Below, in pieces: positions 60,801-64,000 of a DNA stretch of 64,000 bases. This stretch comes from Eledone cirrhosa. Taxonomy: Eukaryota. The notes beneath the pieces were generated by a model. It saw only the letters and a program-made list of their open reading frames with translations, had not been told where the DNA came from and did not search any database. A program made the translations under genes and the position numbers. The first letter of the stretch is position 1, and every line of letters starts with the position of its first letter. Where the stretch lies: contig OZ024743.1 in the NCBI GenBank assembly GCA_964016885.1, forward strand, positions 100,936,001-101,000,000, given 5' to 3'.

Positions 60801-63800
60801 TCTATATATTCTCCACTCTTTCTATAATATATTCCTCACTCTTTCTATATATTCCCCACTCTTTCTATATATTCCCCACTCTTTCTATATAGTCCCCACT
60901 CTTTCTATGTATTCCCCACTCTTTCTATATATTCCTCACCCATTCTATATATTCCCCACTCTTTCTATATATTCCCCACTCTTTCTATATATTCCTCACT
61001 CTTTCTAGATATTCCCCACTCTTTCTATATATTCCTCACTCTTTCTATATATTCCCCACTCTTTCTATAATATATTCCTCACTCTTTCTGTAATATATTC
61101 CCCACTCTTTCTATATATTCGCCACTCTTTCTATATATTCCCCACTCTTTCTATATATTCCCCACTCTTTCTATAATATGTCCCACACGCTTTCTATATA
61201 TTCCCCACTCTTTCTATATATTCCCCTCTCTTTCTATATATTCCCCACTCTTTCTATATATTCCCCACTCTTTCTATATATTCCCCACTCTTTCTATAAT
61301 ATGTTCCCCACTCTTTCTATATATTCCCCACTCTTTCTATATATTCCTCACTCTTTCTATAATATATTCCCCACTCTTTTTATATATTCCCCTCTCTGTC
61401 TATATATTCCCCACTCTTTCTATATATTCCTCACTCTTTCTATATATACCTCACTCTTTATATATATTCCTCACTCTTTCTATATATTCACCACTCTTTC
61501 TATATATTCCTCACTCTTTCTATAATATATTGCCCACTCTTTCTATATATTCCTCACTCTTTCCATATATTCCTCACTCTTTCTCTATATTCCCCACTCT
61601 TTCTATATATTCCTCACTCTTTCTTTAATATATTCCCCACACTTTCTATATATTCCTCATTCTTTCTATATATTCCTCATTCTTTCTATATATTCCTCAC
61701 ACTTTTTATATATTTCCCACTCTTTCTATATATTCCCCACTCTTTCTATATATTCCTCACTCTTTCTATATATTCCTCACTCTTTCTATATATTTCTCAC
61801 TCTTTCTATATATTCCCTATTCTTTCTATAATATATTCCCCACTCTTTCTATATATTCCCCACTCTTTTTATATATTCCCCACTCTCTCTATATATTCCT
61901 CACTCTTTCTATGATATATTCCCCATTCTTTCTATATATTCCCCACTCTTTCTATGTATTCCCCACTCTTTCTATATATTCCTCACTCATTCTATATATT
62001 CCCCACTCTTTCTATATATTCCCCACTCTTTCTATATATTCCTCACTCTTTCTAGATATTCCCCACTCTTTCTATATATTCATCACTCATTCTATATATT
62101 GCTCACTTTTCCTACAATATATTCCTCACTCTTTCTATATATTCCCCACTCTTTCTATATCTTCCCCACTCTTTCTATATATTCCTCACTGTTTCTATAT
62201 ACTCCCCACTCTTTCTATATATTCACCACTCTTTCTATATCTTCCTCACTCTTTCTATATATTCCTCACTCTTTCTATATATTCCCCACTCTTTCTATAT
62301 ATTCCTCACTCTTTCTATATATTCCCCACTCTTTCTATATATTCCTCACTCTTTCTATATATTCCCCACTCTTTCTATATATTCCTCACTCATTCTATAT
62401 ATGCCCCACTCTTTTTATATATTCCCCACTCTTTCTATATATTCGCGACTCTTTCTATATATTCCCCACTCTTTCTATATATTCCTCACTCTTTCTATAT
62501 ATTCTCCACTCTTTCTATAATATATTCCTCACTCTTTCTATATATTCCCCACTCTTTCTATATATTCCCCACTCTTTCCATATAGTCCCCACTCTTTCTA
62601 TGTATTCCCCACTCTTTCTATATATTCCTCACTCATTCTATATATTCCCCACTCTTTCTATATATTCCCCACTCTTTCTATATATTCCTCACTCTTTCTA
62701 GATATTCCCCACTCTTTCTATATATCCATCACTCATTCTATATATTCCTCACTTTTCCTACAATATATTCCTCACTCTTTCTATATATTCCCCACTCTTT
62801 CTATATTTTCCCCACTCTTTCTATATATTCCTCACTGTTTCTATATCCTCCCCACTCTTTCTATATATTCATCACTCTTTCTATATCTTCCTCACTCTTT
62901 CTATATATTCCTCACTCTTTCTATATATTCCCCACTCTTTCTATATCTTCCTCACTCTTTGTATATATTCCCCACTCTTTCTATATATTCCTCACTCTTT
63001 CTATATATTCCCCACTCTTTTTATATATTCCCCACTCTTTGTATATATTAACCACTCTTTATATATATTCCTCCCTGTTTTTATATATTCCCCACTCTTT
63101 TTATATCTTCCTCACTCTTTGTATATATTCCCCACTCTTTCTATATCTTCCTCACTCTTTGTATATATTCCCCACTCTTTCTATATATTCCTCACTCTTT
63201 CTATATATTCCCCACTCTTTTTATATATTCCCCATTCTTTCTATATATTCCCCACTCTTTCTATATATTCCTCACTCTTTCTATATATTCGTCACTCTTT
63301 CTATACATTCCTCACTCTTTCTATATATTCGTCACTTTTTCTATATATTCGTCACTCTTTCTATACATTCCTCACTCTTTCTATATATTCCCCACTCTTT
63401 CTATATATTCCTCACTCTTTCTATATATTCCTCACTCTTTCTATATATTCGCCACTCTTTGTATATATTCCCGACTCTTTCTATATATTCCTCACTCTTT
63501 CTATATATTCCTCACTCTTTCTATATATTCGCCACTCTTTCTATATATTCCCCACTCTTTCTATATATTCCCCACTCTTTTTATATATTCACCACTCTTT
63601 CTATATATTCCCCACTCTTTCTATAATATATTCCACACTCTTTCTATATATTCCTCACTCTTTCTATAATATCTAACCTCACTCTTTCTATATATTCCCC
63701 ACTCTTTGTATATATTCCCCACGCTTTCTATATATTCCCCACTCTTTCTATATATTCCCCACTCTTTCTATATATTCCTCACTCTTTCTATATATTCCTC

Positions 63801-64000
63801 ACTCTATCTAGAATATCTTCCCCACACTTTCTATATATTCGCCACTATTTATATATATTCCTCACTCTTTCTATATATTCCCCACTCTTTCTATAATATG
63901 TTCCCCACTCTTTCTATATATCCCACTCTTTCTATACATTCCCCAATCTTTCTATATATTCCCCACTCTTTCTATATATTCCTCACTCTTTCTATATATT
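48800..64000. repeat. About 3/6 kb higher-order repeat family
   Basis: The marker ATGTCCCACACGC occurs at 49102, 52459, 55318 and 61178; TTCTTTAATAT at about 49545, 53331, 55761 and 61621. ORF offsets are 6216 (49102/55318, 49835/56051), 2859 (51977/54836) and 5860 (56051/61911). Confidence 0.85.

Larger units (their letters stand above)
1..64000. repeat. Satellite/minisatellite tandem array, 20-bp monomer TTTCTATATATTCC(C/T)CACTC, single orientation, running off both window edges
   Basis: A 20-bp period is visible on every line (three monomers per 60-nt row keep the columns aligned). The CCCC/CCTC dimorphism is present throughout. No non-repeat sequence was seen. Confidence 0.99.

Noticed and set aside
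612-63676. The many + strand ORFs (up to 533 aa) as membrane or repeat proteins
   Set aside because: They are the same repeat translation in overlapping frames. Starts and stops coincide with recurring monomer variants, and there is no unique domain or gene context.
1-64000. CRISPR array
   Set aside because: There are no unique spacers, the monomers are directly adjacent, and there is no leader or cas gene.
1-64000. TATAAT (-10 box) and TATATA (TATA-like) promoter motifs
   Set aside because: They are intrinsic to the monomers and occur hundreds to thousands of times, with no -35 element or downstream gene.
1-64000. Transcription-factor motifs on the - strand (AGTGGGGA MZF1-like, GTGGGG Mig1/CreA-like, GTGGGAA CSL-like in CCC variants)
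   Set aside because: These are short matches, the host taxon is unknown, and nothing in the sequence supports function.
1-64000. Freshly telomerase-synthesised repeat tract
   Set aside because: The many substitution variants are inherited in kb-scale duplicated blocks, which indicates recombinational amplification rather than copying from a single RNA template.
1-64000. Pure sequencing or assembly artefact, or rolling-circle concatemer
   Set aside because: Variants are structured, shared between distant copies and change with position, unlike random error or one repeated circle. Individual near-identical duplications could still be misassembled and need read support.

Overview
The whole 64 kb window is one uninterrupted head-to-tail tandem repeat (satellite/minisatellite array) of roughly 3,100 monomers with the 20-bp consensus TTTCTATATATTCC(C/T)CACTC. 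The consensus is 35% GC with no G on the + strand; the - strand reads GAGTG(G/A)GGAATATATAGAAA. I saw no unique sequence, inversion, transposon, RNA gene, CRISPR array or credible protein-coding gene. All listed ORFs are translations of the repeat. The informative content is the array's internal structure: (i) a small alphabet of recurring length variants (19, 23 and 24 bp); (ii) fixed-order multi-monomer cassettes; (iii) a patchwork of kb-scale near-identical segmental copies (offsets about 1.7-6.3 kb, one about 16 kb); (iv) a left-to-right turnover of variant types, including a steep decline of a 24-bp unit containing CTAACCT. The array looks like eukaryotic heterochromatic, centromeric or subtelomeric DNA, but organism and function cannot be determined from the sequence, and I do not recognise a named satellite family. 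Block boundaries were read by eye from diagnostic variants and are approximate (about 100-200 bp).
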